Of a DNA stretch of 64,000 nucleotides, positions 48,425-61,611 are shown one piece after another. Every line of letters starts with the position of its first letter. The stretch's first letter is position 1. Both the position numbers and the translations under genes were made by a program. The stretch lies in NCBI GenBank assembly GCA_964188305.1, contig OZ076887.1, one strand, 5' to 3'. The notes below the pieces were generated by a model that saw only the letters and a program-made list of their open reading frames with translations, searched no databases and was not told the origin of the DNA. This DNA comes from Podarcis bocagei (taxonomy: Eukaryota).

Positions 48425-49976
48425 TGATCTTTGCACCATGCTATGATTGATGGGTCTTGGGGCTCTGGTTAAAAACAAAGAGATTCCACAAGTCCAAAGT
48501 CTGCCAGTATCTGCTTTAGAATGCAAACCTACAGGCAGGTACTTACTCATACATAATGCTTGTAGATCATTTAGTAAAATATAGGCACCTTATAAAAAAA
48601 TACTAACAACAATAATAACCATTTCTATACAACTTCTCAAGGCGTTTATTTTGATCCTCCTGTTAATTAAGACTCTGCATCTCTCTGCTAAATGTTTTGC
48701 AAGGAATAAGGGCAAAATAAGGATAAGCTGGACAAATGAAATGTCGTATGTAAACACAGACAAGGCATTGCTGCATCTGGTTAAAAATAGAAAATCACCA
48801 AGACTGCACTTACATGCAAGCAGGGATGTAATTTATGCCAAATCTGGGCCATGATACAGTCTGCAGTATTCCCAGTTCACTTCCGGGATCAAAGAAAGCC
48901 AGAGCAGCACTGAAGAGTGGCACTTGTTCTCCAGACAGCTGTCTGCCAGTTGTTTGATACCTCTGGCTCTTCCCATTGGCATTAGAACATTGCTGGAGAA
49001 CCCAGGCCTTTCTCTTTGTAAGCAGACACAATCCCTTTCGGAACAGGGCTCCTTTATCTACATCCAAATCTCACATGGTTTCTTTCTATATATACCCTCG
49101 CTGCACAGAGAATACCTGTATTACAAGTCCAAAACACTTAGCATTATTGAAGTCAAGAATGTCATGTCCATTTGTATTATAAAGCAGTCAGATTATTTTA
49201 TGTGCATCTTTCAGAACACTGGTTGCCCATTTTGCTCCTCAATCCGCTTCAAAGTACTTGTTGTGATTCCTGTTGCCTTGTTTTTATTTTTGTTTTTATT
49301 TATTTATTTAATTTAAATTCATCATTAATACACATATACAAGCATACAAACATACATTTCATACAATCCTTAAAAATGTTCAAACATACTTACACTCAAT
49401 CCCACAAATAGTTCCTTTCCCCATCACCATCCACCAACCCTTCACCCCACTTTTGTGGGGTGTTGCCTTGTTTTTACTGACTGTTGTTTATTGTTTCGTT
49501 AAATATTTGGGGGCCTTTTCGTCCCCCCAAAGATAATTCATACAAATTAATAGTCCAATATGGGATTCAGTTGTGTGTTGTTGTTTTTTAATAGCCTGTA
49601 TCAGGTGCAGGCATTCTGCAGCATTAGGTTTGCTTGTGGCCCTCGGACTAATTTTATATGGCTGTTGGCCTAATTTCAAAACCCTCCGCAGGTGATCAGT
49701 TCAGATGCTGTCAAGAGTTATCTATATCCCTCTGCTGGCAGCCTGCTGGGTGGGGAAGGAGAGAGAAGGGAATGTCAGAAGACAGGAATGCCGCAGAAAC
49801 AGAGAGCAAAGGGTCACACTTTTGACTCTGCCTGTGTCCACACCAGCTCTGCCCCACAATCAATAGGCAGCCTCCACCAGGTTACTCCTGGGAATGCAGT
49901 GCATAGCAGGGGGGGGGGGGGAAGGATTACATATCCTAATCTACATGATGAATACTCACAAAAAATAAGACAATTA

Positions 49977-50218
49977 CAGTGTTACCTCAGGTTACATACG
50001 CTTCAGGTTACATACGCTTCAGGTTACAGACTCCGCTAACCCAGAAATAGTGCTTCAGGTTAAGAACTTTGCTTCAGGATGAGAACAGAAATCGTGCTCC
50101 AGCGGCGCGGCAGCAGCTGGAGGCCCCATTAGCTAAAGTGGTGCTTCAAGTTAAGAACAGTTTCAGGTTAAGTACAGACCTCTGGAACAAATTAAGTACT
50201 TAACCTGAGGTACCACTG
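49977..50218. mobile_element. Tc1/mariner-superfamily MITE
   Basis: TA|CAGTGTTACCTCAGGTTA...TAACCTGAGGTACCACTG|TA; reverse-complement homologue of 9023-9248. Confidence 0.9.
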
Positions 50219-50313
50219 TATTAAAGTGCACAGCTGTAATTTCTTAAATCTTGGTGACTTTTTTGTCTTGTTTTAAAAAGTAAATATCAAAGCAAATACA
50301 TGGTGCATTTTAA

Positions 50314-50344
<31 letters not shown>

Positions 50345-52986
50345 TACACAATTCTACTGAAATTTGAGAACTTTTAAATCTCACTGAATTGATTTCAAAG
50401 GGAATTAGTTTCCCCAAATTTACGCAACAGTTCTGTGAAGGACCATGGTCTGTTTAATAAGTGATTTACTCATTACCCAATGACCATGAGTGGCAATAGA
50501 TTCAGGATAGGTTTTTTTTTTTTTAACGTCTTCACTGCAAGATGAGATGATGGTCACTAAATTGCTGGGTTGGTTTTTTCTTTTGGGCTGGGCAGTATTA
50601 GTAATGATAGTTAAAAGCAATCCCCGCCCCCCGACAGGGAGTTAGTATGCTTTTTAATACATATGAATAAATGAAGGCAGTATACCTCTAAACCTGCACG
50701 TCAGAAACAAGAAACAGGAAAAGGCTTCGACTTGCATCCTTTTTTGGTAAGCTTCCAGAGGCAGGTTGCTGGTCACACAATACAGGACTAACTAGTCAGC
50801 ACCACCAGCCATGCAGGCAATTTCTATGTCTCTAACTTTCGGTTCCTTCAATATCCTTCAAGATTTGAATATTCAACTATGTGCATTCTATTTATTGATT
50901 AAAATTCAGTTAATTTATTCGCTTAAAAAAACAGCAGCCCACAGTCGTAGTTCTAATTAGAAATTAATACAGCATGATGTAGCATGATATGGGAAAACAT
51001 AGATTTATTCAAAAGCTGGACCAGGTCACTATAAATTCTATATTGAGTGGTAGCAGTTCTCTGGGATTTCAGACAGGGAATTTTTTTGGGCCCATCTGGA
51101 GAAGATGGGGATTGAACCTGCTCTGGCATTCAGAGATGAGCCTTCTCCTTAAAGTTCAAACCCTTTCTTAGCTAGGAAGCCACCCAGTGGCCTTCAGTGT
51201 GTCATCGTGTTAGAATCTCACCTACATAAACTGCTGATTGCATTAGATCATTCCATATATGCTGTCCTGAGCGTTTCAGAGGAAAGATGGGACACAAACA
51301 TGACACATAAATAAATGTATGTAATTATAGCTAAGCGGTTTCTCAGGTGAACGAACTACAAATAAAGGGCAAGGCATTTTGACTCACACCATTCATCATC
51401 TTCTGTGTTCCAAAACAAAAAGCCCAAGTTGCAGTAAGTAACAGATCCCCTTTCATCCATAGCTGTACTTCAAGTACTTACAAAAGTGGTTTAATTGTGT
51501 GTGTTTTGTTAAGGAAGTGGCTAGTTCCATTCATCCAGATCATTCCCAGATAGGGAGTTTCTCAAATAAAAATGCAGCCAATGTATATTCAAGTAACATA
51601 GGCTAGAAAAGACACTCTTCTTCATTTCTGCTGCACCAGGACAGCACCTCAGGTGAAAACCCAAAAGTACTGCCCCAAATGAAGGCTTTTATACATTTCT
51701 GTAACTAGAAAATAATTAACCAAAATACGTCAAAGTGTGTGTCTGCCACATGCACACATTGTATTTGTTATATAACTATTTAACATTTACTATACATCAG
51801 CCTCTGGCAATTTTAACCCACACACATAGCTCAAGGTTCATATTTGTGTTCAGGTCAAGTTGACAGAATGAGACAACAGCCTTTGGTCAGTGCAGTAAGC
51901 AATAGCTAGCAACATTTGGTATGTTAAACAAAAAGTTAAATTTTAAGTATCTAAATTAAACAGAAAAAAACTTTCCACCTTTTGCTCTCTGATTTTTGCT
52001 GCTTTCTCTGTGACCATGTGGAAGCTATTTTCACTATTGTCTCATAGGCCTGGGGTGCCAAAGTTTTGAGGTGCAAAGGCATTTCCTTCACAGTTTGATC
52101 AGTTATTCTTAGTTCGCTCAGGAACTAAGTGCCAGATTTTGGCCAGACACCTTAACTGCAAAACTCACAGATTTAGAGTTAGAGTCTTGAATCCGTGCCA
52201 AGATTGGAGTTTGGAGAATCTGTCAAAGGGAAGTAGAAGCTAGAGTAAAATAGGGCAAGGAGGACAGCAGGCAGCAAGGAACTGTAGCTGTAGCACATTT
52301 CTGTTTTAAGCTGCTGCTCATTATTTTTGCAATACTTCTGTGTGCATATGTTCCAGTTCTTCTGGAGTTGCCTGAAACCAGGTCTAATGATTGCTAGTGA
52401 ACTGTCATGACTAGCGTTGACCACAATGTCAAGCCACATGCTATAGTTCTACTACCTAAGGTTTTAGCTTTGAGCCTGGTATAGTGGTCCGGGGACTACT
52501 GAACCAGATCCCATAGCACAAGGGCCCATGAAACCATAACCAGGACCACTATGAGTGCCTTCCCCTGGGCTTGAGTAACTGAATGATTCCCACCATACCT
52601 CATCAGTCCGATGGCAAGGCTGGAGGCCATGGAATGCAGGGAAAGTGTCCATCTCTAGGCCAGAGGGCTGGCTATTTAAGAAATGTCTACTTCCAACCCT
52701 GTTGGAGTGAGTCGCTCTCCATGGTGCTGCACAATAGCTCTCCATGGTGCTACAACAATTAACTACATTTGCTTTGTGGGCTCCTCCACCAGGAGAATAA
52801 GAGGACAGAAACACTAAGGTGCCTTCAAATAGTGAAGCAAACTTTGAGGCAAAGACAGGGGAGCACACTACTGGTTTTGCTTATGTCCACTCAAGAAGCA
52901 GGAGGAGGATGGCAGAAGCAGGTAATGCAAGCATTCTTCCCTGCCAATTATGCTACTTGGTCATGGCACAACTAGCGAGGGACAGA

Positions 52987-53119
52987 NNNNNNNNNNNNNN
53001 NNNNNNNNNNNNNNNNNNNNNNNNNNNNNNNNNNNNNNNNNNNNNNNNNNNNNNNNNNNNNNNNNNNNNNNNNNNNNNNNNNNNNNNNNNNNNNNNNNNN
53101 NNNNNNNNNNNNNNNNNNN
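52987..53119. other. Assembly gap (133 N)
   Basis: Run of N. Confidence 1.
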
Positions 53120-54122
53120 TCCCGGTTTAAAAACAGGGCTCAGAGTGGCTAACAGCAAATATAAAACATTGATTAAAATGTGACTTAAAAACAGCATAAA
53201 ACAGCATAGAATACAACATAAAATAAAGCATCAATATCAATAAAATTCAAAAATTCAGGGGTCATTTTTTTTTGGGGGGGGGGAGACCCAATCAGTAGCT
53301 TATAATGATACATACATGATTTTGCCTATGGTCATTCATACTTTCCAAGCATAGATTTGGTAAAAGCATTCAACAGCTCCTAGCCACCAAAATCCCTTTG
53401 TGTCTGACGACTTTAAAAAAATAGTATCAATACTAATGGCATGGACAGCTTGCATCACACTTTATCAACTGATTGAACTCCTCCTTTGAAAGATCAGATT
53501 TGGAGTGAAAATGTTGTATCAATGATTAACCCAAAGATTGTCTCTTGCAAGGTGCAATAGATGACATCTAACAGTTGCTGCCCATATGTTATTGGTTCAA
53601 AACCGAGCAGTTGCTGCCTATACATTAGTGGTTCAAAAATGATAAAATAACGGTTAGCTAAAATCAGGAAGGTAACGGTGATTCATAAACTTACTAAGTT
53701 GATTTAATTAACAGCAGACAAAGAAGGGAAAATTATAGAGGTAAATCACTTCCATTAACTGAATTTATGAAAACTCGATATAAGATAAATATTGATAAGC
53801 GTAACTGCTTTTTCATGTAGTAAAATAAAAATATTTAATATTTATTGGATGTTAGTACTATCATTTATGTACTTGTAATGTATGTATTTATGTATTTGAT
53901 AGTCAGAATATAATGTTATGGTGTGAGTGTTTGTTTGTAGAATATGTTCTTTAAATAATAATTATAATAATTAATAACAATAACAATAACAATAATAATA
54001 ACAACACATTTACAAATGCCATTGGCCACACTGAGACAATTCTTGGGAAGTTTGGTTGTCACTCAAGTCACTGGTCTGCATCTAACATCTAACAGCTAAC
54101 TTCACAGGGATAGTGTAAAGCA

Positions 54123-54503
54123 CAGGGACGCGGACTTATAAAAAATATTGGGGGGCCCGGGAAAGCTCATGAATAATACATAAGCTCATGAATATGCAAA
54201 TAAAGTGGCTCCGGCCCTAAATAGGGCAAGCCACGCCCCCCCAGCCAGCCGATTGGCTGGCTGGGAGGTGTGGCCAGTCGGGATTCCCCTGTTCTCGCGG
54301 GGGCTGAAACCGCCAGGAGGAAGGAAATTTCCCCCGGCAGTGCCTTGGCAGTGGCGGTGCTGCTGCGAAGCAGCGAGGCAGGAGCCCCCGCCCCCGGCGC
54401 TCTGCTGGAAGGGTGCCCGAGATTATTGGGGGGGCTGAGCCCCCCCAAAAATTTTTTTGAGGGGGCTCGAGCCCCCTCAAGCCCCATGGAGTCGGCGCCT
54501 ATG
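54123..54503. mobile_element. Young hAT-type MITE
   Basis: Perfect 8-bp TSD gtaaagca at 54115-22 and 54504-11. Imperfect ends CAGGGACGCGGACT and AGTCGGCGCCTATG. CpGs retained. Confidence 0.9.
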
Positions 54504-56712
54504 GTAAAGCACCACCACAATTTTCTGTGTGTGTTGCTTTGCTGTGTACTTATGAAGGGAAGGCCAGCCATCTGGCATCAGTCCAGTGGGGAACAAGGCA
54601 AAATAAATAAATTGCACATGAATATGTCTTATGCTTTCCTACCACGGTCAAAAAAGGTGATTATGCTTATTACATCTAAAGTAGGGTGTGCGGCAGGCAA
54701 ATACACCTGCCTGTATATATGACAGACCTGGAAGGCATTAATATCCTTCATGAGGCAGGTGCGCAGCATGTGGTTCTCAGCTGAGTAAAGAGGAATCCAT
54801 GCATATGTATTTAGGGAGATATTGTGGGGGAAAGGAAAAGGGATGAAAGTTGGTCTGACACAAAGGAGAGGCATGAAACAGGAAGACAGATGACTGAAGA
54901 GAAAAGGAGACAGATGTAAGAGGATGCTACATAGGGGAAAACAGCCTGCATTAGAGAGAGAAAGCAAGGTAGGGAGAGAGGCAAGAGGGGAAGAATGAAA
55001 AACAGAATGATGCATGATTGGCACACACTGGCAGAAATCATTACTAAAATAGGAAGAGAATAGCATTATAGCTGAACAACGCTGTCCTTTTATAAAACAT
55101 GGATTCCATCGTTCTTTTCCCCAGCTCACTTTTACTGGTAGCCTTTGAGAATACCTGAATGCACTGAATCTGGAGGAAGTCCAAGACAGTAAGTCTAACG
55201 AGTGAGGCTCTGTATCAACATCCTTCTGATGTCTCTTGTTGCTACTTTCCTATCTCTTATTTGTTCTAAGTCCCATTCATATGACTGTCCTTTTTTTCTG
55301 GAATGAAAGCAAAATATATGCAGGATTTGTCAACATGCAAGGAAAACTAACAAAGCAATTTGGAACAATCGCCTTTGGTCCCAGTAGACTAAAAAAAAAA
55401 AAAGTTTTGGGAATTTAAATAAATCTGCATATTGCAGAATCTTTTCCTCCTGGGTCTTCACACTAACTCATTAGCCAACAACTTGACAAAGAGGTCAGTC
55501 AAGGAGATTCATTGACATGCAAGCAAACACTGGGTAGTAGGTAGCCAAGCTGGTATTGAGGCAGCCAATGGATGGGAACTGGTTCTTTCCCCTTCTCTTC
55601 TTAAATCATCTTCTGGACCTGCAGCAGCTTTTGTCCATCTTCCTTAAGCATCCCAGGAACTGATGGGTTTAAAGGGGCTACTCCTGCAATTAGGTATTTC
55701 AGCATTCATAAAAAATATAAATTTGGTACGCCTGAATTCCCAGATTTTCTAACTACAAACTTTGAAAGTGGCAATTTGCACGTCTCTACGAAGAGAAAAC
55801 CACCCTGAAATTCATGAGGCATCCCCACACCACTCCTTTGGTATGAATCTCAAAGCATTTCGACCACTAGAGAAGGTCTAATCAGACATTCTTACAGCGA
55901 ACAATCAGAGCCCAGGATCTCTTCTAGTAGAGACCAGCAGTCCAGCACAAAGGAAAAATGAAGCATACATGGAGTGGAATAATGAACTGTAGAAGTGGTA
56001 GTGCTTCTTCAGACACTTAAATCAGCCCAAGAGGAGCATCCATTAGGAGCTAGTGTTTGCAGATTCCACAGCTGAGCTGTCACTTAAAAATACAGAAATG
56101 GTCTACAGAATAGAAAGAATTCAGATGCTGATGGAGAAATGGAGAGAATATTGAGGGAAATGAATTTGTTACATTCTAGAGATAAATTTCAACCAGAATG
56201 AATCTTAAGCACAAGCATCCCTTCCTCGTTGTAAGTGAATGAAACTGTACCACTGACTCTCAGTATCTCCCTGACCACCCAACCAACATTCTTTATTTTA
56301 TTTTTTTTATAATATTTTTTATTGCGTTTCTTTTCATAGGTTCACAGATTCATTTATAAAGCAAGAAACAAGAAGCAGTTTTTGGATATACAGAAAGATA
56401 AAAAAGAAAAAAGAATTAGTTATGTTTCAAATCGTCCTTCTATAAGTTGCTTTCCATCTGGACCTCCTCACATCCTCCCAACATTGCGTTCTTTGAACTA
56501 GCAATATCAGCAATTTATCATCTTATTTCACCGCTTATTGTACCTTTCAATTTATTATGTTACCAATTTCCAAAAACTTATAATTCTATTTGATACCTTC
56601 GAAATAAACATAATATATTTGTTTCAGATTTGTGTCCTTTTTTGTCATATCTTACTTTATCATTTACCTAATCAAATTGCAGAAGCATAACGTTTCTTAA
56701 TCGTGCACCATC

Positions 56713-59700
56713 TTAACATTCATACAATTTATAATATTTTTGCAAATAGTCCTTAAATTTTTTCCAGTCCTCCTCAATTGTTTCTTCGCTCAGATCTCGA
56801 ATTCTGCCAGTCATTTCTGCCAACTCCATGTAGTCCATCAACTGCGTCTGCCAGTCCTCCAGTGTGGGTAAATCTTGTGTCTTCCAGTACTTTGCGATAA
56901 GAATTCTTGCTGCTGTGGTTGCATACATAAACAAAGTTCTGTCCTTCTTTAACACCTTCCGGTCCACCATGCCCAGAAGGAAGGCCTCCGGTTTCTTAGT
57001 GAAGGTATATTTAAATACCTTTTTCAATTCATTATATATCATTTCCCAGAAGGCCTTTACTTTCGGGCAGGTCCACCAGAGGTGAAAGAATGTCCCTTCT
57101 GCCTCCTTACATTTCCAGCATTTGTTGTCAGACAGATGGTATATCTTAGCCAACTTGACTGGGGTCATGTACCACCGGTATACCATTTTCATAATGTTCT
57201 CTTTCAAAGCACTACATGCTGTAAATTTCATACCGGCGTTCCACAACCTTTCCCAGTCCTCAGACATAATGTTATGTCCAACATCCTGTGCCCATTTTAT
57301 CATAGCAGATTTAACTGTCTCATCCTGTGTATTCCATTTAAGCAGCAAGTTATACATTCTCGAAAGTACCTTAGTTTTTGGTTCTAGTAATTCCGTCTCC
57401 AGTTTCGATTTTTCCACCTGGAAACCAACTTTTTTATCCATTTTAAAGACCTCTTGAATTTGAGCATAATGTAACCAATCTCGCACCTTACTTTTTAGTT
57501 TGTCCTGGCTCTGTAACTTCCAATTATCTCCAGTTCTTTCAATTAATTCCCAATATTTCGGCCAGTAGGCCTCCATATTGGGCCTTTTTTTGAAAACCTT
57601 GGCCTCCATCGGTGATAGCCACCTCGGGGTCTTGCTTTCTAATAAGTCCTTGTACTTCATCCAGACAGCAAAAATTGATTTTCTGACAATATGGTTTTTA
57701 AACAATTTATGAACTTTCGCCTTGTCATACCACAAGTATGCATGCCAACCAAAAGCATTGGTTGTCAAACCAATGTCAAACCCTTCAATGTCAAACCCTC
57801 CAAACCCATTGTCAAACCCTTCCAGATCTAGGACATCTGTGTTCTCCAACAAAAACCAATCCTTCAACCAGCAGAAGGCTGCAGCTTCATAGTATAACCT
57901 TAAGTCCGGCAGGGCAAACCCCCCTCTTTCTTTTGAGTCAGTTAGTATTTTAAATTTTATTCGGGGCTTTTTGCCCTGCCAGACAAACCTAGATATATCC
58001 TTCTGCCATTTTCCAAAACATTCCACTCTGTCCACGACCTGTAGGGTTTGAAATAAGAATAACATTTTCGGCAAAACACACATCTTTATAGCTGCAATTC
58101 GACCTGACAAGGTAAGTTTCAATCTTGACCAAATTTCCAAATCCTTTTTAATTTCCAACCAACATTTTTCATAATTGTCTTTAAATAGGTTCAAGTTTTT
58201 GGTGGACAAAAATACCCCCAGGTACTTCACTTTTTTAACCACACTTAATTCTGTTTCTTTCTGGTACCCCTCTGTTTCTGTAGGTGTCAAATTTTTAGCC
58301 AAAACCTTAGTTTTTTGTTTGTTTAGCTTGAATCCCGCCACCCGACCAAACTCCGAAATAAGTTCAAGAACTCTTTTTGTACTAGATTCTGGCTCCTGTA
58401 ATGTTAAAACTAGGTCATCTGCAAAAGCTTTCAATTTGTACTGTTTCGCTCCGACCACTATCCCCTGCACCAACCGGTCTTCCCTAATCATGTTCAGCAG
58501 CACCTCCAGAACAGAAATGAATAACAGAGGAGATAGAGGGCACCCCTGTCGTGTCCCTTTTTCAATTTTGAGTTCCTCCGATACCACATTGTTCACTATC
58601 AGTTTAGCTTTTTGTTCTGAATAGATTGCCTCTAGACCATTTTCAAACCCCCGCCCCACTCCCATCCCTTCCAAGTTTTTCTTCATGAACATCCAAGAGA
58701 TGTTGTCAAATGCTTTCTCCGCATCAATAAAGATTAACACCGCCCTTGTGTTCCTAATCCGCAAAAGCTCCAATATGTCGATGATGTTCCTGGTGTTATC
58801 AGACATATGTCTACCAGGGAGAAAGCCTGCTTGGTCCTTATGAATTACTTCATTTAGTACTTTTTTAAGTCTGCTTGCTAAAATGTCTGCAAATATTTTG
58901 TAATCCACATTCAGGAGTGAGATAGGACGGTAGTTCTTAAGCTGGGTCTTTTCCGATTCTGACTTGGGTATCAGTGTGATGAATGCTTCTTTCCACGTTT
59001 CCGGTGCCCTCTTCCCCTCCATGATCTGGTTACAAACCTCCAACAACGGCTGTGTCAAAAAGTCCTTTAAAGTCTTATAATATTTGGAGGTGAGTCCATC
59101 CGGGCCTGGAGATTTGCCAAGTTGCATATTCTGAATGGCACCTTCGATTTCCTGTTGAGTTATTTTGCAATTAAGGATTGATCTTTTATCTTGGCTTATT
59201 TTAGATAGTCCATTTGTCTTTAAAAATTGGTCTATTTCCAATTCTTTCTGAGGCCCCTGTGCATAAAGATCTTTAAAGTATCTGTGGAAGCACTTCCTTA
59301 TTTCTTCTGGTTTCTGAATTATTCTTCCTTGAATCTCTAGGTTTGTAATCGTATTTAACTTTTGCCTTTTTTTCAGCTGCCAAGCTAGCAGCTTTCCACA
59401 TTTATTTGCTGATTCAAACGATCTCTGCTTCATTTGTTTAATTTTCCATTCTATCTCTTGGTTAATCAATTTCGAATATTGTGCTTGATGGAATTTGATT
59501 TCTCTTAGCACCTCCTTTGACTTTGGTTTGGTTCTCAACTTTTTCTCTCCTTCGCTTATTTTCTCTAAAATTTTCTCCTTTTTCCCATTCCAGAATTTTC
59601 TCTTTATTGTGTTCTGTTGTATCAGAAACCCTCTCATAACTGCTTTACTTGCGTCCCAGATTGTTCTTTTTTCCACCGTAGTGTTCAAATTTATTTCAAA

Positions 59701-60504
59701 GTAGTCCTTTAGCGTTTTTTGGGCCTTCTTGACGATCTCTTGATCCCTTAGCAAGGTGTCATTCATTCTCCATCTGAAGGATCCGGTTGGGATAAGTCTC
59801 AATTCCATTTTCAAAGCATTATGGTCGGAGCAGGTTTTTGGGCAGATTTCCACCTTTCTTGTTTTAGGTGCCAGCCCTCTAGATATCCAAATTTGGTCGA
59901 TTCGTGTCCATGACAGATGGGCCTCAGAAAAAAAGGTTCCTTCTTTACCCAAGGGGTTCTTTGTCCTCCATATGTCAATCAGATCTATATTGTCTGTCAT
60001 TTCAAAAAACGTCTTAGGAAGTCTGCCGTCTGTTGTTAAATTTTGGTTTTGAGATTTGTCCATGTTTGTTGACACCACCCCATTCATATCTCCCATCACG
60101 ATGATGTTAGGATAGTCCAAATAGTCCAGCATTGTCTCATGCAGCTTCTTATAAAATTCTGATTTCCCGTCATTTGGTGCATAAATTCCTAATATCAAGA
60201 TTTTCTCACCTTGTGTTTGAATTTCGATTGCCAGAATTCTTCCATGGTCATCCTTAAATAGAAATTTTGGTGACAGGTTCTCCTTTGCATATATTACCAC
60301 ACCCCTTTTTTTGACTTTGTCCGATGAGATAAATTCTTGACCCAATCTTTTGTTGATTAGTACTTTCCTATGGAGCCTGGTCCCATGTGTTTCTTGAAGA
60401 CATATTACATCCAATTGTTCTTTTTTCAAAATATGGAATATCCTCCTTCTTTTTTCCGGGGAATTTCCGCCATTTATATTCCAACTAAGTAGCTGCAGAG
60501 ACAT
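56713..60504 (-). CDS. L1 ORF2p: APE endonuclease, reverse transcriptase and C-terminal CCHC motif (1263 aa)
   Basis: Endonuclease motifs SWNING, LQETH, IYAPN, GDMN, RIDQI, SDH. RT motifs SPGPDG, NYRPISLLNVDYKI, DAEKAFD, GTRQGCPLSP, FADD, YLG. Zinc knuckle CWKC-x8-H-x4-C. Confidence 0.97.
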   Translation of the reverse strand: MSLQLLSWNINGGNSPEKRRRIFHILKKEQLDVICLQETHGTRLHRKVLINKRLGQEFISSDKVKKRGVVIYAKENLSPKFLFKDDHGRILAIEIQTQGEKILILGIYAPNDGKSEFYKKLHETMLDYLDYPNIIVMGDMNGVVSTNMDKSQNQNLTTDGRLPKTFFEMTDNIDLIDIWRTKNPLGKEGTFFSEAHLSWTRIDQIWISRGLAPKTRKVEICPKTCSDHNALKMELRLIPTGSFRWRMNDTLLRDQEIVKKAQKTLKDYFEINLNTTVEKRTIWDASKAVMRGFLIQQNTIKRKFWNGKKEKILEKISEGEKKLRTKPKSKEVLREIKFHQAQYSKLINQEIEWKIKQMKQRSFESANKCGKLLAWQLKKRQKLNTITNLEIQGRIIQKPEEIRKCFHRYFKDLYAQGPQKELEIDQFLKTNGLSKISQDKRSILNCKITQQEIEGAIQNMQLGKSPGPDGLTSKYYKTLKDFLTQPLLEVCNQIMEGKRAPETWKEAFITLIPKSESEKTQLKNYRPISLLNVDYKIFADILASRLKKVLNEVIHKDQAGFLPGRHMSDNTRNIIDILELLRIRNTRAVLIFIDAEKAFDNISWMFMKKNLEGMGVGRGFENGLEAIYSEQKAKLIVNNVVSEELKIEKGTRQGCPLSPLLFISVLEVLLNMIREDRLVQGIVVGAKQYKLKAFADDLVLTLQEPESSTKRVLELISEFGRVAGFKLNKQKTKVLAKNLTPTETEGYQKETELSVVKKVKYLGVFLSTKNLNLFKDNYEKCWLEIKKDLEIWSRLKLTLSGRIAAIKMCVLPKMLFLFQTLQVVDRVECFGKWQKDISRFVWQGKKPRIKFKILTDSKERGGFALPDLRLYYEAAAFCWLKDWFLLENTDVLDLEGFDNGFGGFDIEGFDIGLTTNAFGWHAYLWYDKAKVHKLFKNHIVRKSIFAVWMKYKDLLESKTPRWLSPMEAKVFKKRPNMEAYWPKYWELIERTGDNWKLQSQDKLKSKVRDWLHYAQIQEVFKMDKKVGFQVEKSKLETELLEPKTKVLSRMYNLLLKWNTQDETVKSAMIKWAQDVGHNIMSEDWERLWNAGMKFTACSALKENIMKMVYRWYMTPVKLAKIYHLSDNKCWKCKEAEGTFFHLWWTCPKVKAFWEMIYNELKKVFKYTFTKKPEAFLLGMVDRKVLKKDRTLFMYATTAARILIAKYWKTQDLPTLEDWQTQLMDYMELAEMTGRIRDLSEETIEEDWKKFKDYLQKYYKLYEC

Positions 60505-60525
60505 CCTGTTCTATTTATATTGTTC

Positions 60526-61611
60526 TTAAAGTGGGGTGTCTTCTTTTTCCTCAGATCCCGAGGGTGTGGGCGTTGGCCCACCTCCAGGCGGTGTTGGTAT
60601 AGGTAGAGGTGGTGACCAAGTTGCTCCTTTTTGGAGATCTTCCCCGTGGTCGTGAAGGAACTTTCGATTATCTTCAGGTGTTCTAATTTTAACCTTCTTT
60701 TCTTTGTAAGTAAAAGATAGTCCTTGTGGGAACTCCCACCTGTAGGGTATTGCGTTGTGTCTCAGTAGTTTTGCTAGTTCTGTATAGGTGGCTCTGAGGT
60801 CTAGTAGCTGTTTCGGGATATCTCTATAAATTTCCACCCTTTTGTCTTGTATTTCAATTGCTTTTTTAAAGTGTAGGCCTAGAATCTTGTCTCTCTCTTC
60901 CTTTGATCTTAAAATTATCAGACAGTCTCTAGCTCTGTCCTTCCTTACCAATCTTCCCAGTCTAAATGCCGAAACAATCTTGAAATCTGTGTCTTCCTTT
61001 ATACCCCAGAACTTGGAGAATTCTTGTGTCAGATATCCAATCAAATCTCCTTGCTCAAGTTCTGGGATGCCTCTCAGTTTGATGTTGTTCTCACGATTTT
61101 TCAGTTCCACCATTGACAGGTAGGCTTGGTGTTCACCCACCTGTTTGTGCAGAGGCTTAACTTCTCCTTTTATCTCCTCAACTTCCTTCTGTAGAACTCC
61201 CACTTTCTGTATAACTTCCCCAGCTAGTTCACGATTTTCAGCTGTTGCTCCTTGCAGATTCTCTATTGCTTGTGTGTGCTGGGAAACTTGTTCAGTCAAT
61301 TTTTGAATCGAAGATGTCGCTTTATCTATTTTCGAAGACTGGTCGTCCACCTTTTGATTTAACTTTGACAATTGCTCCAATATTTGTTTCAAAACTACGT
61401 CTGATCCACCTGTTGCCATATCTTCCTCAGTGGGCTTCTCAGTTATTTCAGCTTCCACCTTTTGTGCCACCAGCACAGTTGGAACCGACGATCGGCGTCC
61501 TTGGGTCAGAGTTGTTTGTACAAGTTGAGCTGGGTTTTTTTCCTTTTCTTTTTCCTTGGCCTCTTTAGTTTCCTTGGCTTTAGACGCTCTTGTTCTCCCT
61601 GCACCACTCAT
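60526..61611 (-). CDS. L1 ORF1p: coiled coil plus RRM/CTD nucleic-acid chaperone (361 aa from the first in-frame ATG)
   Basis: The track ORF 60526-61758 starts at a GTG; the first in-frame ATG is at 61611 (MSGAGRTRAS). Heptad-rich central region, then RENNIKLRGIPE and IYRDIP..RWEFP motifs typical of L1 ORF1p. Confidence 0.9.
   Translation of the reverse strand: MSGAGRTRASKAKETKEAKEKEKEKNPAQLVQTTLTQGRRSSVPTVLVAQKVEAEITEKPTEEDMATGGSDVVLKQILEQLSKLNQKVDDQSSKIDKATSSIQKLTEQVSQHTQAIENLQGATAENRELAGEVIQKVGVLQKEVEEIKGEVKPLHKQVGEHQAYLSMVELKNRENNIKLRGIPELEQGDLIGYLTQEFSKFWGIKEDTDFKIVSAFRLGRLVRKDRARDCLIILRSKEERDKILGLHFKKAIEIQDKRVEIYRDIPKQLLDLRATYTELAKLLRHNAIPYRWEFPQGLSFTYKEKKVKIRTPEDNRKFLHDHGEDLQKGATWSPPLPIPTPPGGGPTPTPSGSEEKEDTPL

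Noticed and set aside
53572-53638. 36-bp-period tandem duplication (CAGTTGCTGCC..GGTTCAAAA twice); similar short duplication near 52715-52760
   Set aside because: Only two diverged units with no spacer structure. These are ordinary local duplications, not a CRISPR-like or functional array.
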